A stretch of DNA of 64,000 nt from Eledone cirrhosa (GCA_964016885.1 OZ024750.1:33232001-33296000); one strand, 5' to 3'. Positions 26,976 through 40,892 are shown, counted from the stretch's first letter. Numbers and translations are program-made. Notes: generated by a model from the sequence alone, not told the origin.

Positions 26976-29900
26976 TTACAGATATATACTCAGAGTCGGT
27001 CCATTCACTCGGGCCATTCTTGCTTCTCTCACCCATCTTTCAACAAAATGCTGGGAAGTGAGCACTTCCCTCTCTACTCTGATTTTCCTTTTCAAATGAA
27101 ATTTGAAAAAGTCAATCAGAGCATCACCGACGAGGTAAGTGCTCGTCTTCAGCCCTTTCAAACGTGTCCACCATACTATCTCTTTCGCCATGGCCACCAG
27201 ACAGATAAAAACTGCCTGTCCTTCCCGGCTAAAGGAGGAGGGCGGGGCAATCCTCACGATGGACTCAGATGATAGCTGGATCCGTCCTAAACGCGACAGC
27301 AGGTGTTCGACATAAACCCACAAGTCAGCAATTTTCGGACACTGGACGAGTGCGTGCAGGACGGTTTCGTCGCCCTGCGCGCATCTCGGACATGCCCGGC
27401 TGACGGCACCTCCATGCCTGTAGAGTTTATCCCGAACTGGCAAGGCTCCTCGGTAGCACTGCCAGGCCAGAGATTTCTGGAAGTTATCCATAGGCCCTGG
27501 CCCGAAAGTTCTTCCGAAGAGATTGGCTAGTTGATTTTCGTCGACGCCTAGAGTTTCCCCAAGTACGTCGTCGCTCTTACCCTCCACTAATCCTCTATAG
27601 AACGCCGAGGTGGAGTTTCCACCGATCACATTGCCCGATTGGTCGAGGGCTGTGAGCGCCTGAAGACATTCCAGTCTCCAGGCGCTCCCTCTCGGTCTTC
27701 GCTTGACCCAGGACTGCAGCTCCGTCAAGGAAACGAGCTGGGGAAAAACGCGTCTAGCAAACGGCGACCACACCTGATCACCGTCGAGGAAGAGGTGGAG
27801 ATGTCGTAGCCTGAGCGCGTGCCTGCGCATCATCAGCCACGGCATGCCCAGCCCTCCACGTAGCGGGTGTTGACAACAGATGGACCGCCTGACCATCGGA
27901 GCACGTCCCTTCCACAAAAAGCGAAAGAGCAAACGCTCCAGCGCAGTCAGGCGAGGCTTAGGACAAGGTACGACGGTTAGGCGGTAGCAGATGACAGACG
28001 CGATGTACGCGTTAGCCACCTCCGCTCGACCTTTCAGGGATAGCTTCCTCTCCGCCCATTTCTGGGTGAGAGAAGCCACCCTGCTCGTCACCTCGTCCCA
28101 GTTTTTGTCCGTCTGGAGGTCCGGACCGAACCAGACCCCTAGCAATTTAACCGGTCCGTCCGTCCAGCGCCCGACGACGCTGTTGGACGGCATGGACCTG
28201 CCTCTTCAGGTGCCGAGCTGCAGGCCCACTGACTTTTCCTGGTTGATCATTGCTCCTGTCACGGCTTCGTATTCTCTTAGTGTAGTGCCGATCGCCTCGA
28301 TGTGTTTGGCGTTCGACACCACTACGGTGACATCGTCCGCATATGCTGACACGGATCTTCCGCATCCTAGTTCGCGCGGGACTCCCCTCAACGTCTCCAG
28401 TTTGTGCAGTAATGGCTCGAGAGTCAATACGTACAAGAGGGGCGAGAGGGGACATCCTTGGCGGACCGAGCGCATGATGTTGAACGGTTCCGACAGGTGA
28501 CCGTTCACTCTCACCACAGAGCAGATGTCGCTGTGCATGGCAGCGATCCAGCCTCTGAAGACGGGCCCAAAGCCAGCCGCCCTCAGGACTGCCGCTAGGT
28601 AACGATGGTCGACCCTATCGAAAGCTTTCGACTGATCTAAATTGATCAAGGACCCACCCGTGCCAGGTTCCCTAGCTACCCTCTCTACGATGTATCGCAT
28701 GAGGTGGAGGTTGTCGTGGATGGATCTGTCGGGAATGGCGCATGTCTGCGCCTCTCCCACCAGACCACCAACGACAGGCGCCAACCTCTTTGCTAGCACC
28801 TTGGCCAAAATCTTAAACTCTGTGTTTAGCAGAGTTATGGGCCGGAAATTGTCTATGTTATCCCCCTTGTTCGGATCCTTTCTCAGCAGTGCCACCGCTC
28901 CTCGGCTCACAGAACTGGGAATTCTCCCGTTCTGTTGCCAGTTGCAGTAGACGTCCGCCAAGAGGCCTCCGAACAAGTCTGGCATCTGTACGTAAAGTTC
29001 ATAGGGCAGACCATCCAAACCAGGCGATTTACCCCTTGTGCAGCCAGTCATTGCCTCCCGTACTTCAGCGGCTGTTATCGGCTTTTCGCAACACCTCGCC
29101 TCAGTGGCCGAGAGCCGCGGCAGTCCGTCGAGGTAGACACTAAAGTCCATCCCTCTACCCGGCCCCCCGCTTCCCCCGAACAGCTGAGCGAAGTGTCGCT
29201 GAAAAGCTTCACACATTTGCCCGGGATCGAGTAGCATGCGCCCGTCGTGGTCCGCCAAAGACCGGATCGTGGCTTTGTTGCCACGACGCGCCTCCGCCAC
29301 TCGGGCCCATTGAACGGCTTTCGTCCCCTCGTGTCTGAGAGCACGCACCCTAGCTCTGACAACGCAGCCTTCGTGCTTTGCATTGAAGAATTGGTCAAGG
29401 GCCAATTTCGCCGCAAGCACGTCGGTCGCAATGCCTTTGCTAAGCGCCTCGTCTAATTTTCTAACTAGTTCTCCCTCTGCTCTATTTTTCTCTATTGCTA
29501 AAGCCTTACTAAACCTAATCGATTCTATTCTAATCGCTCTTTTCAGAGCAAACCACCACTTGTTGTTGACGATGGCCCCCGTCAACGCCCGCTTAACTAG
29601 TTCGCTAATCCGGTCTCTGTAGGCCTTGCGCGCTGGTAAGGACGCGTTTAGCTTCCAGTAGCCGGGTCCTCGTCTATGAAGCCTATCTAAGTCAAGCACA
29701 CAGGTCACGAATTTGTGGTCCGTGTAGCTGACTATCTTGAATTGTGGACAGCCTATGCTAGACCTATCTATTTCCCTACAAAATACTCTATCTAGATATG
29801 ATCTGGATGACCCTATGCGGTTTGTCCAAGTCCACATTGGCACATTCGGGAAATCCAATCGGTACCTGTCAGACAGTTCAAAACGCCTGAGCAGGTTGGT

Positions 29901-30395
29901 GAGGCTCTTGCACCCTCCACCCCTATCCGCTAATCCCACACAGTCCCATCGTGCATCTAAGATCCCGTTCCAGTCGCCCACTAACACTAAAGAGCGGGAC
30001 GTTCCAAGAAAGGTCTCCAGACGCCGGAAGAAATCAGGCCGCCCTGCTCCTGTCGGGGCATAGACGGCCACTAGCCTGAAAGCTTGCCCGTCTCCGCTGG
30101 TCACGTCCAGCACCACCAGCTTACCCTCTGGGTCCAGGAAGATGGCCCGTATGGCGAGATCCAAACCTCTCCGAAAAAGCACAGCAACTCCTCCACCGGA
30201 TCCAGGACGGCTGGGAGATGCGTACACATCGTAGCCGCCGAAGATCGGTGCGAAGGCCCGTGCTTCGGAGATTCTGGTCTCGCTGATGGCCACTACATCT
30301 ATGTTTAGTGACCTGAGGTCGTTGAGCAGGTGACCCTGCTTCCATGACGACGCCAAGCCACGCGCATTTATGCTGCCTATTCTGAGTGAGGTCAT
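26976..30395 (-). pseudogene. LINE ORF2 (AP endonuclease, reverse transcriptase, C-terminal zinc knuckle) with one in-frame TGA at 28206-28208
   Basis: SINARGL, ISET, VYAP, GDWN, YLDRV, TDH (APE); KSPGLDG, FRPITLLN, DQSKAFDRV, VRQGCPLSP, AYADD (RT); CPRC...HALVQC. The ORFs 28206-30395 and 26976-28193 are in the same frame. Confidence 0.92.
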
Positions 30396-30430
30396 GTTTA
30401 AAATAGAGTGGAAAAGATGGGAAAGACCAC

Positions 30431-32528
30431 TTACCGTACTTTTGGTAGAGGAGGGATGGTTTTTACATCCCTTTTCACTTGATCGTCTGGTGAAGGGACC
30501 GTTGAATCGTCCCTTCGGCTGGTCGTCGGCTCTTCTAAGAGAATGTCTGAGTATACTCTTCGATTGATGGTTCCTCCTAGGTCCCTGAAATCACCAACTG
30601 CGTTGGGGAATTTCGTTTTAATATTTGTGTATTGTTTCTGTGCTATTTTTAGCAGTCTTATGTTAGTTGGCGTTTTGATTGGTGCTGGTATTATGTAGTC
30701 CTGTTGTGAAATGTCTGTGTGTTCAATTATGTAAGTCATTAGTTTCTTGTTGTGTGTATTTATTGCCGTGCATTTGTTTTTCTGGGGGTGGGGTGTGGTT
30801 CTGCTATTTTCTTGTCGTCGTTGCTGGGTGTGTGTGTTTTGTTGTTGTGTTTGCGATGTTGGTGCTTGTGGTGGTGGTGTTGAAGGTGTTGTTGGCGGTG
30901 GGGTTGTCGCCGGTGGTGATGGTGGTGCTAGTGTGAATGGTGATGGTGTTGGTGTTGTTGCTGCTGTGGGTCTCTTTGCAGTAGACTTTACCCTTTTCTC
31001 ATTTCTTTCCTCCCTTTTCAAAGGCGACGATGCGCTGCTTCTGCGTTTGTGCCTTCTTACGACCTTTTGCCATCTCTCTCCCACCTCACACTCCATGTCT
31101 GATTCTGTGAGGTCGGGGAGGGGTACCAGCTCCACTCTTTCACTTGTTGTTGTTGGTGATGTTTGCACTGGAGTCTCTGTTGCAGCTGCATTTGGTATTG
31201 CTGTTGTTGTTGTTAGTATTTCCACTGCTGCTGCTGTTTTTGATTTCCGTGGAGTGGGTATGGGTGCCACGGGCCTATCGTTCCTGGTTGCCGCTTGTCC
31301 TGTTGCTGGTAGCCGTGGAGCCGGATTCGGAAGGAGGGGGGTTTTCTCCTTTCTCAGGGTCTTCTCGTTGCAGAAGGCCCTGAGGTGAGTCTTCGATCCA
31401 CAGCGAAAGCATTTCGGGCGTTTGCCCTCAACACTTACGGGCAGTTGAGTGCCGTTATCGAAGTCTATCACATCCGGGATAACTTCGATGCACTCCTGGT
31501 TGGTTTGGATTAGCATCTCAATGGAGGAGCCGACCCAATCTTCTCTTACTTTTTTCTGTACTTGCAGTACAGTTGTTTTGTCCTCGATTCCGACGAGGAC
31601 AGACGCGGCCAGCCAAGAAGGGGTCATTCCGGGGGGGGACGTGGGTCAGTTTGACCCTCACAATTTTTTGCCCACAGTAGGAGGGCACCAACACCATTTC
31701 CTCGCTCCTTAGGGTCACTACTGATTGGGCCTTTGCCTCCTGGGGTGTGGCAAAAAGTACGTCTACGGTGGCATATTTTTTGCCTCGGGTGATGTGCGTT
31801 TTCCGCTGCCACACAGACCCCAAGGCTTTTTGTATTTGGGCCTCTGTGGCTCTTTCCACCCTACGGGATTTTGTACTTACTGTACGGTACGTGACCGTAC
31901 AGTGCTCTTGGGTTTCGAAAAATTTTTCCGCTGCCTTGCAGATTGCTCGGTGTCCGTTCTTTGTCACCATCTTCTTCGCTACCTCTAATTCCTCATTTGA
32001 TATGAGGATTGTTTCCAAGTTTTTCGCAATACCTGAAAATGAGATTCGTTTTTCTCTGCTGTTGTTGTTGTCGTCAGAGCTGCTGGTACTTTTGTTGTTG
32101 CTGCAGGTACTACGACTACTGCCTCCGCCGCTGTTGCTGTGGTTGTTGTTGGTGTTGCTGCTGCTAATGCTGTTGTTGTTTATGCTGCTGGTGATGCTGT
32201 TGCGGCTGCTACTGTTGTTTTCATTGTCACTGTTGCTGTTGTTATTACGGCTGCTACTGCTATTATTCCTGACGTCAGACGAATGAACTGGGTTTTCGTA
32301 TTTCCTGCACACCTGTTTCGTCGCTGTCGTCGTCGTCGTGGAGAAACCTTGCACGCTTTGCACGAGACTTTTCTTTTCTTTCGTCACTTGCGAAAGAGAA
32401 GGGAGGGAGAGAGACACATTTAAAGAAGGGAGGGAGAGAGACAATCTTCTCTCTGCTGTAGTGATGATTGAGGAAGAAGAAGACGGAATGAGTGGGAGTG
32501 ACGTATGAAATTTCTTTTTCGTAGCCAT
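30431..32528 (-). pseudogene. LINE ORF1 (nucleic-acid binding, CCHC knuckle) split by one frameshift in a G8 run at 31631-31638
   Basis: CFRCGSKTHLRAFC knuckle; N/S-rich and P/T-rich low-complexity linkers. Removing one base fuses the two ORFs (HVPPGMTPSWL). Confidence 0.85.
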
Positions 32529-32771
32529 GTTGTTTTTTGTTTAAAATGAAATTTTGGGTACAAAACCCCAATAACTGGTTATTTAACCCCGAAGGGCCAA
32601 ATAACGGACAGAAAGACCCCTCTCACGAGGAGGAGGGTGTCTTTATCAACAATTTGGTTCAAGTTTTAAACAATTTACAATTGTTTTAACGGTTAAAAAT
32701 TACTATACCTTACAGAGCCGAGCCTCCGTCAACCATGGCATTCAATAATAATAATAATAATAATAATAATA

Positions 32772-33030
32772 ATCGATTCGTTTGCAATTATGCAAACAGC
32801 CTCTTTAAGCCATGTCAGTAGAATGACTCCGTCATGTAAACAGAACTGCAGACACTTTCTGGGCGATTATCCTTCATTAGTACAGTACACTGCTTACCTG
32901 CCAACTGTCAGAGCTAGTGAAAATATATATTTTCTGAAATATACAGTGACTGACCGGCCTGATTTGCATAATAGTGAACTGCCTGACCAGTCAGATCTGC
33001 ATATTAGCAGACCCACTGATCAGCCAGATT
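32772..33030. repeat. Dispersed repeat also at 37858-38150 and partly 11910-12030
   Basis: Shared CGATTCGTT(T/C)GCAATTATGCA... and GCCTGATTTGCATA(T/A)TAG / CAGTCAGATCTGCATATTAGCAGA sub-repeats. Confidence 0.75.
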
Positions 33031-33049
33031 ATATATATATATATATATA

Positions 33050-33273
33050 TACGTTATTCCGGGTTGAATCGGAGGTAACCACAGTAAGTAAGGTACTCAA
33101 TACATTGCAGAGTATAAAAGTTTTAATATAGATGAGATTCTACAGGACTAGAACTGTTTCATTCTTTAGGAATCATCAGGAATCACATGATTGCTGATGA
33201 TTTCTAAAGAATGAATCACGTGATTCCTGATGATTTCTAAAGAATGAAACAGTTCTAGTCCTGTAGAATCTCA

Positions 33274-33280
<7 letters not shown>
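33050..33280. mobile_element. Fold-back element family C (tail 33050-33125; arms 33128-33186 / 33220-33278) with hammerheads
   Basis: Inverted arms; related tail/arm pieces at 40255-40380 and 47635-47787; TA-flanked. Confidence 0.8.
33222..33270 (+). ncRNA. Type I hammerhead ribozyme (family C); mirror copy 33136-33184 (-)
   Basis: GATTC-CTGATGA-TTTC TAAA GAAT-GAAA-CAG TTCTAGTC CTG-TA-GAATC; stem II is weak. Confidence 0.75.
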
Positions 33281-33367
<87 letters not shown>

Positions 33368-33369
33368 TA

Positions 33370-33608
33370 TAGTTATACCTGCATTCATACAGAGTGGGTA
33401 ACATATTGTACCAATGTGTGTATAAATATATACATTGTTTTAATATATCGGCATGTGAACATACCAGAAAATACGAATTTACCGGTAAATTGTTGAGAAA
33501 ATAATAAAATACATTTAATCGATTTTCGGGCCTAACTGTGTTTTCATCAGAAGGTGTGTATATCATTCAAATAACTACAAGGAAACACATATTTGATGGG
33601 TTATATAT
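33370..33608 (-). repeat. Repeat family E with degenerate hammerhead (33512-33556); homologue at 49250-49468 (+)
   Basis: CTT-CTGATGA-...-GAAA-ATCGAT-TA here and CTT-CTGATGA-GGGTCCACCTAGGTCC-GAAA-ATCATT-TA at 49308-49350; flanks align over ~220 bp. Confidence 0.65.
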
Positions 33609-35547
33609 CTGTGTTTCCTAAGGTCATTGTCTCGATTGAGGACTCAAATGTGGGATTGCTGTATCTAAACATGTAGCTCAATATGTTATACTCATAGAAT
33701 GATAATTATAATGTTTAAAATGTTTCCAGCATTTATATTAAAACAAGGAGGAATAAATGAAAGTATTTCCCATGGCCTACTTTACCGTATACTTGTAGTA
33801 ACAATTTAATGGTTTCTTGTAAAGCTATTGATTAAATAACTGCAGACTTAGATCCCTCTAAAATGATTAAAATGAAATTGAATTTTATACAATCTATTTA
33901 CTTGTGCATGTCGTCTGTACATTACATAATATGATTAGCATTAGATCGATTTATATAAGGAAAATCTACATAGTCATTTAATTTTAAATCTTCGAAGAAC
34001 TAGAGAGTCACATATCTGGAAGATTCTGGTTTTAAACTTCAACTTTATACATTCATAACTCCATTTGGTTGGCTGTGAAAGAGAAGCGAAGGAGTTTGGT
34101 TTCAATCGATAACTTCATTAACCTCTCCATTTGACTGGCTGCGAAAGAGAAATTATTTTAACGAATTTCTGAAGGTTTTAAACATAGCACAGATTTAGCT
34201 TTCAACTGACTCTACTCTTTCATTTATATGTAAAAGTACATTTACATGCATTTAAAAGCATTAAGGTGTTCATATCTAAGATACATTTAGAGGTAATTAT
34301 AAGAGACGTTTAGGAATTATGTACGAACTTTGACACCTAATAGTTCCTCTAGTTTTAAATCAGTTTCGCTACAATGATTACAACTAACACATTTCTTTCC
34401 ATTTGTTAATTCGTATCTTAAATTTATTAGCATACTTTGGGCTACATATTCTAATGAATTCAAGATTGGAATAAGTAGGAGTTTATTAACACAGTATATT
34501 TAGCTATTATTCGATTGTAAGACCATATAAGTTTCATGATAGTTTAAAGTGCATTCAATACATAAATTAAGGAAATTGGTGTGCAATAGTAATAAACTCG
34601 ATCGTGTGTGAACGTTTATCTGTGACTATACGACACTATGTGTTTAACTCCTTCAATGGTAGCTTCATTTTGACCAGGCACGCATTAATTTTAGTTAAAT
34701 GGATGCAGGAGATATGACCTCCATACATTTGGCAAGGACATTAGCGAGTTATTGATTTATTGTCTGAATAGCAGGTATAGAAATTAGGTAATGCAGTACA
34801 TGCCTCTTTGCGAAAGTTTAAATTGGTTTAATATAAGAAATCAATAATATTAGCGAACGTTGTAGTAAGCGTCCAAGTCAATATATTTTTCGACTAAATA
34901 ATTGAAGAATACCCGACTACAAATACGGCAAAGTGTCCTGACCTAAAGTATTCCTATAGCCAGAGCGCTGTAGAACCTACCAATAGATGGTATGGCAGGT
35001 CTGTATAACCGAAAGACCCCTTAAGAGAGTGTTTCGGCCCTAGAAATTGTCTGGAATTTTATTGTCTGGATTTTTATTCCACAGTCTTCTGGAAGAGACC
35101 GAAACACTTGCTTGAGGTTGGGGGAGGGGCTCTTCTTTGAGAACCTTCTGCTGCTCAGCCTTCTGAGAACTTTTACCATTTGAAGAATAACCAACTACCA
35201 GCACTGGAAGGTGTTCTATGCCCAAATATTCCTGTAACCACAGCGTTGAAGAGCCCACCAATAGAAGGCAAAGTAGCACTGTATGAACGAAACCCCACTC
35301 CCTCAGGCGGACATAGGGCGGCGATGGTCAATTTAACCTTTCATCCATTCGAGGTCGATAAAAAATATACCAGTATAGTACTGGGGTCGATTCTTTCTCT
35401 ATATCGCTTTCTTACTTCCTCTCCCTCACATTCTATGCTTCTCTAGAAGAAATCTGTTGTACGCAGGCCTGTTAATACGGCACCATTACCACACCATCAG
35501 TAGTTACGGGACTATACTTTTTTAATTAATTGTTTCCACTTTTATCT

Positions 35548-35697
35548 CAGTGTATTACTGGTACTTTATTTTATCGACCCTGTAAGGATGAAAGGCAAAG
35601 TTAACCTCGGCGGGATTTGAACTCAGACCATAAAGGGCCGTAACTCTTTGCTGCAAAGTATGGCGTCCGACCCTCTACCGATACTGCCAATCGACCA
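35548..35697 (-). mobile_element. tRNA-derived SINE
   Basis: Homologous to 123-310; another partial copy at 37702-37842. Confidence 0.85.
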
Positions 35698-36278
35698 ATT
35701 TTTGAATTAATGCGAACTTATTTGTTTTAGGTCGGTACAAAGGTTAAAATATATACCCAAATTTGCAAACGCTTAATTTTGGAACGCCTTTAATCAATAC
35801 AGTCTATATTACCTTTTCTATAGTATATAATAGAAATATCATACAATTATTTTATCTCAATTTAAATAGGTATATGTAAAAAGAAAAATTTAATTTACTG
35901 CTACGTTGATGCTTTAGAAATGTCCATGAACTAAGTGTATATATTGAAAATAGCAGAATACAGTAAATCAATCTATATGAATTTGTATCTTTTATCTAAG
36001 ACGCTGATGACCAAATGTATATTCATAGAAACGATTATATACTTTATCAATTCGATAAATCTAAAATAGGATCGATGTTGAAGTTTTACCTGAATCTACT
36101 TTTCATGTTAACTTGAAAATACATTATTTCTCAAAACTTTTCTTCGTCACGTTCTCATACAAACAAATATATATATATATATTATATATATATATATATA
36201 TGCATATATATATGTATATATGTATATAAAAATATATATATATTTATGTATACATATATATATATATATATATGCAAC

Positions 36279-36337
<59 letters not shown>

Positions 36338-36399
36338 GCATATATATATGCGATAGTCTTCAACAACGTAAAGAAAACTGCGTCTTGAGAGGGGGGGGT

Positions 36400-37600
36400 C
36401 ATTAATCTCAGTAAAATCCAGTGACATTGAGTGAATTATCTCATTGGCATCCTTGCGGCATCAATATATTCTAATGGGTCTTCTTTTCTGGATATGTGGT
36501 GTTGTTGGCTAGCTGAATGATAAATTGATGTTTGAGGTTGGGTGTTGCTAATTTTATACTATACGTGCTCTTTTGAGCTCACTCACCTAAACTCTCACGT
36601 GAGCTGTTGATATGATGTTGGTGCCGATAGGACACACTTTATCTCGTTCTCGCTGATCTGTCTGTCTATCTAATCTGTTCGTTTCATTCCGGAAGCATCA
36701 TACCAACAGAAATATTTATTGTTCTGTGTTCACGAACCTGTAACTTTATGTGATCCTCTCGATTTAAACTGTGCGAATCCACAGCCGGTCTGAGAGCTTA
36801 AAAGATGTGTGAGTTATATTGTCTCCTTCATTTTCTTCCTTTATGTCTTTATTAGTATCACATCTGCGAGCCAACACATTTCTAGCTATTGATTGCTGTC
36901 CTTTGACATAGTTTTACCCGATGCTGTGACCGGCGACATTTTGCTGTTTTAACATTGTTCTTCGTTGAGATTTTTCTCATTGGGCTGAGTGAATCACACT
37001 GCTTTCTCGTCGAAACCATGTGCGCATCCTTAGTTAGTTATCTGTTCTCTCTCTGTTGATGTGAAGTTCATATTTGTAGGTACACCCACCAATAAGATCC
37101 TGTATTGTGAATACATCGCATGTTATAGCGAAACATAATTCTGCTTTGCTTATGTCCGTGTGTTTATAGCTATAATGGAAGATTTGTACACTTTGATTTA
37201 TTCTTTTAATTCATTTGAATATACAGTTCTATCTGCAGTTTGTATGTTCTTCACCCAATGGAATTATATCCCTTATTATCAGACGTATGTTATTGCGTGT
37301 CTTTCTCTCCTTACAATGATACAAGGAATTATAAAGATCACGCAGTCTTTTTTTTTCCCTTGAGTTTATTTAAATGTAGGAGATTATTGAGAGGTTTTAA
37401 CACGGCCTTCAATGTTTCAACTTGTTATTCCCTTTTGCCCATCTTCTACGATAAGTATGGGTTCAACACTGTCTTGTAATTTTGTCGAAGTTACCTGATG
37501 AGACAGTCCTGTCTTGCATCATAAATGGACGATGGAACTGGGCCATTGAAAGATGGAATTAAAGTTTAGAACATATCTTCCAGTACGGCCTTCTTATGTC
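36400..37600 (-). mobile_element. Highly decayed LINE RT remnant (RTE-like)
   Basis: Only traces of motifs on the minus strand (MFA.. followed by QDL..LHINRERT near 37040-37140; HISRK near 36480-36500); many stops. Confidence 0.35.
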
Positions 37601-38274
37601 GTTATATCAATATATATATATATAATAAAATAAAATAAAAATTGTTTCGCTCTACATGCATGGCTGAATACAATAAATGTAATCTGAACTTTTCGAATAT
37701 TAATAATTGTTTCTACTTTAGGCACAAGGCCAACAATTACCCAGTACATTACTGGAACTTTATTTTATCGACCACGTAAGGATGAAAGGCAAAGTTAACC
37801 TCGGCGGGAATTGAACTCAGACTGTAAAGGGACGTAACTATGCTAATATTAATAATAATATTCGATTCGTTCGCAATTATGCAGACAAGTCTCATTTTTA
37901 AAGCCATGGCAGTAGAATGAGCCCCTCATTCTTGCTCTTGTGTTGGTATGTAAACAGAACTGCAGACACTAATGTTTCTGGGCATTACCCTTCATCAGTA
38001 CAGTTCCTTGTTCACCTGTTAACTGTGAGAGCTAGTGAAAATATATATTTTCTCAAATATACAGTGACTGATCGGCCTGATTTGCATATTAGCAGACTGA
38101 CTGATCAGTCAGATCTGCATATTAGCAGATCCACTGATCAGCCAGATTATATATATATATATATATATATAGTAATAATAATAAATTTCAAGACTAAAAT
38201 CCAAAGAGGGCTCGATAAGGATAAATATATATCAAATATATAAGAACCGTAGAGCAAATATTTATTTATATATA

Positions 38275-38337
<63 letters not shown>

Positions 38338-38574
38338 TAGGAATACGTTATTATATGTATATATTCACCCTAAAGACCACCTTAGTGCAAAGACGAGAGC
38401 TTAAACATAACACAGAACAACAAATATGAAAGGTAATTCTAGTTTATTACAATAATATATAGCTAGGCCTTTGAGTTAAATCATACAAACGTAACAATAT
38501 TGTATTTTTGGTCGGGGGGGGGGGGGGGTTTACGCAACACACACAAATCTTTAACTTATATATATGTATATATA

Positions 38575-39026
38575 TATTATTCAAAATATTACCAAATGAA
38601 AGATATTCACATAATCAAAATATATGCTTTATTATATATATTTCAAAGGTACTGTGGTGTTCTTTTTTTCAGTACGTCTTCATCATATAAAATATATGAT
38701 TTGATATATGACAGTAGCGGTATGTCATATATCAAATCATATATTTTATCTGATGAAGACGTACTGAAAAAAACAACACAGTAGCTTTGAAATATATATA
38801 ATAAAGCATATATTTTGATTATATGAATATCTTTTATTTGTTAATATTTTGAATAATAAAAACTCCCGGAAAACCTACTTGTTGAGTGCTTTTAATATAT
38901 TGTAAAATTGCATTCATTGAGTAATCAACGAACCATATTAATCGTTCGTCATATGTAAATATATATATATATTATATATATATACATATATATATATATA
39001 CATATATATATAAATATATATATAAA

Positions 39027-39076
<50 letters not shown>

Positions 39077-39107
39077 TAAACAAAATTAATCTCTTGGTAG
39101 ATTTATC

Positions 39108-39162
<55 letters not shown>

Positions 39163-39171
39163 TTATATATA

Positions 39172-39210
<39 letters not shown>

Positions 39211-39245
39211 ATATATATGTATGTATATATATATATGTGTATATA

Positions 39246-39319
<74 letters not shown>

Positions 39320-39700
39320 CATATGACGAACGATTAATATGGTTCGTTGATTACTCAATGAATGCAATTTTACAATAGATTAAAAGCACTCAACAAGTAG
39401 GTTTTCCGGGAGTTTTTATTATTCAAAATATTAACAAATAAAAGATATTCATATAATCAAAATATATGCTTTATTATATATATTTCAAAGCTACTGTGTT
39501 GTTTTTTTCAGTACGTCTTCATCAGATAAAATATATGAATTGATATATGACATACCGCTACTGTCATATATCAAATCATATATTTTATATGATGAAGACG
39601 TACAGAAAAGAAAACACCACAGTACCTTTGAAATATATATAATAAAGCATATATTTTGATTATGTGAATATCTTTAATTTGGTAATATTTTGAATAATAT
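38575..39700. mobile_element. Nested palindrome: family B fold-back + tail (38575-38960), central (TA)n, then its inverted duplicate (39316-39700)
   Basis: Each half is itself a hairpin (centres ~38716 and ~39557); intact hammerheads at 38744-38806 (+) and 39469-39531 (-), mutated (ATGATGA) ones in the other arms. Confidence 0.87.
38744..38806 (+). ncRNA. Minimal type I hammerhead ribozyme (family B)
   Basis: TTTTAT-CTGATGA-AGACGTACTG AAAAAAACAACA CAGTAGCTTT-GAAA-T ATAT A-TA-ATAAAG. Confidence 0.82.
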
Positions 39701-39835
39701 ATATGTACATATATATATATTTATATATAAATATACACATATATATATATAAACGTATCTATAAACGCACCTCACACACATATATATATAAACATATATA
39801 TACATATATATATATGTATATATTTATATATATAC

Positions 39836-40034
<199 letters not shown>

Positions 40035-40047
40035 CATATATATATAC

Positions 40048-40128
<81 letters not shown>

Positions 40129-40140
40129 TGTATATATACA

Positions 40141-40247
<107 letters not shown>

Positions 40248-40396
40248 GCATATAAGTTTATCCCGGGTGAAATCGGGGATAACCACAGTAAGTAAGGTAC
40301 TCAATACAAAGCAGAGTATAAATATTTAATATAGAAATTATTTCTTCCGAATGAAACAGTTCTAGTCCTGTAGAAACCGTTTACATATATATATAT

Positions 40397-40880
40397 AAAA
40401 TACGTAGTTTAGAAAGCCACAACAATGCAGAAGGGAAATCTCGAGGTAGGAAGTGAATGATAGATAGGAGAAATAGGAGAAAGTGAACTTGAGAGAGACA
40501 AAGATGTAAACAAAACAAACGTAGAAGGGTTACCGTAGTGGAGATTTAATCCCAATATTTCGGGCTCACGCCCATCAACGGCATTCCTGTTTTAACGACA
40601 TCACATCTTTCTCCGGCTTAGCCTGTTCTCCCCCCCCCTTTTTGGAACTTTCCCCCGTTGATGGGCGTGAGCCCGAAATATTGGGATTAAATCTCCACTA
40701 CGGTAACCCTTCTACCTTTGTTTTGTTTTCATCTTTGTCTCTCTCAATTTCACTTTCTCCTATTTCTCCTATCTATCATTCACTTCCTACCTCAAGATTT
40801 CCCTTCTGCATTGTTGTGGCTTTCTAAACTACGTATTTTACACATTTCACAATGCTTCAAGCAAACTTTAACACCCTCAT
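40397..40880. repeat. TA-flanked inverted repeat (~185 bp arms 40397-40581 / 40656-40840) plus short tail
   Basis: Arms are near-perfect reverse complements with a ~75 bp spacer. Confidence 0.82.
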
Positions 40881-40892
40881 ATATATATATTT

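Larger units (their letters stand above)
26714..32743 (-). mobile_element. Full-length L1/Tx1-type LINE (~6.0 kb) inserted in (AAT)n
   Basis: 5' UTR, ORF1, ORF2 (APE-RT-CCHC), 3' UTR with AATAAA; (AAT)n at 26683-26713 and 32744-32773. Confidence 0.93.

Noticed and set aside
28206-28208. Selenocysteine or programmed readthrough at the ORF2 TGA
   Set aside because: A single TGG-to-TGA change is simpler, and I saw no SECIS-like evidence; the family consensus is needed.
27303-32423. Plus-strand and alternate-frame ORFs within the LINE (also 7601-8494 within the PLE)
   Set aside because: Shadow ORFs of GC-rich coding sequence with no motifs.
35028-35107. Inverted GTGTTTCGG / CCGAAACAC pair suggesting a ribozyme
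   Set aside because: No intact CTGANGA core in register; only a short imperfect hairpin.
37496-37520. CTGATGA followed by hairpin GACAG-TC-CTGTC (similar partial motifs at 15370 and 36004)
   Set aside because: No GAAA, stem III or stem I in the correct arrangement.
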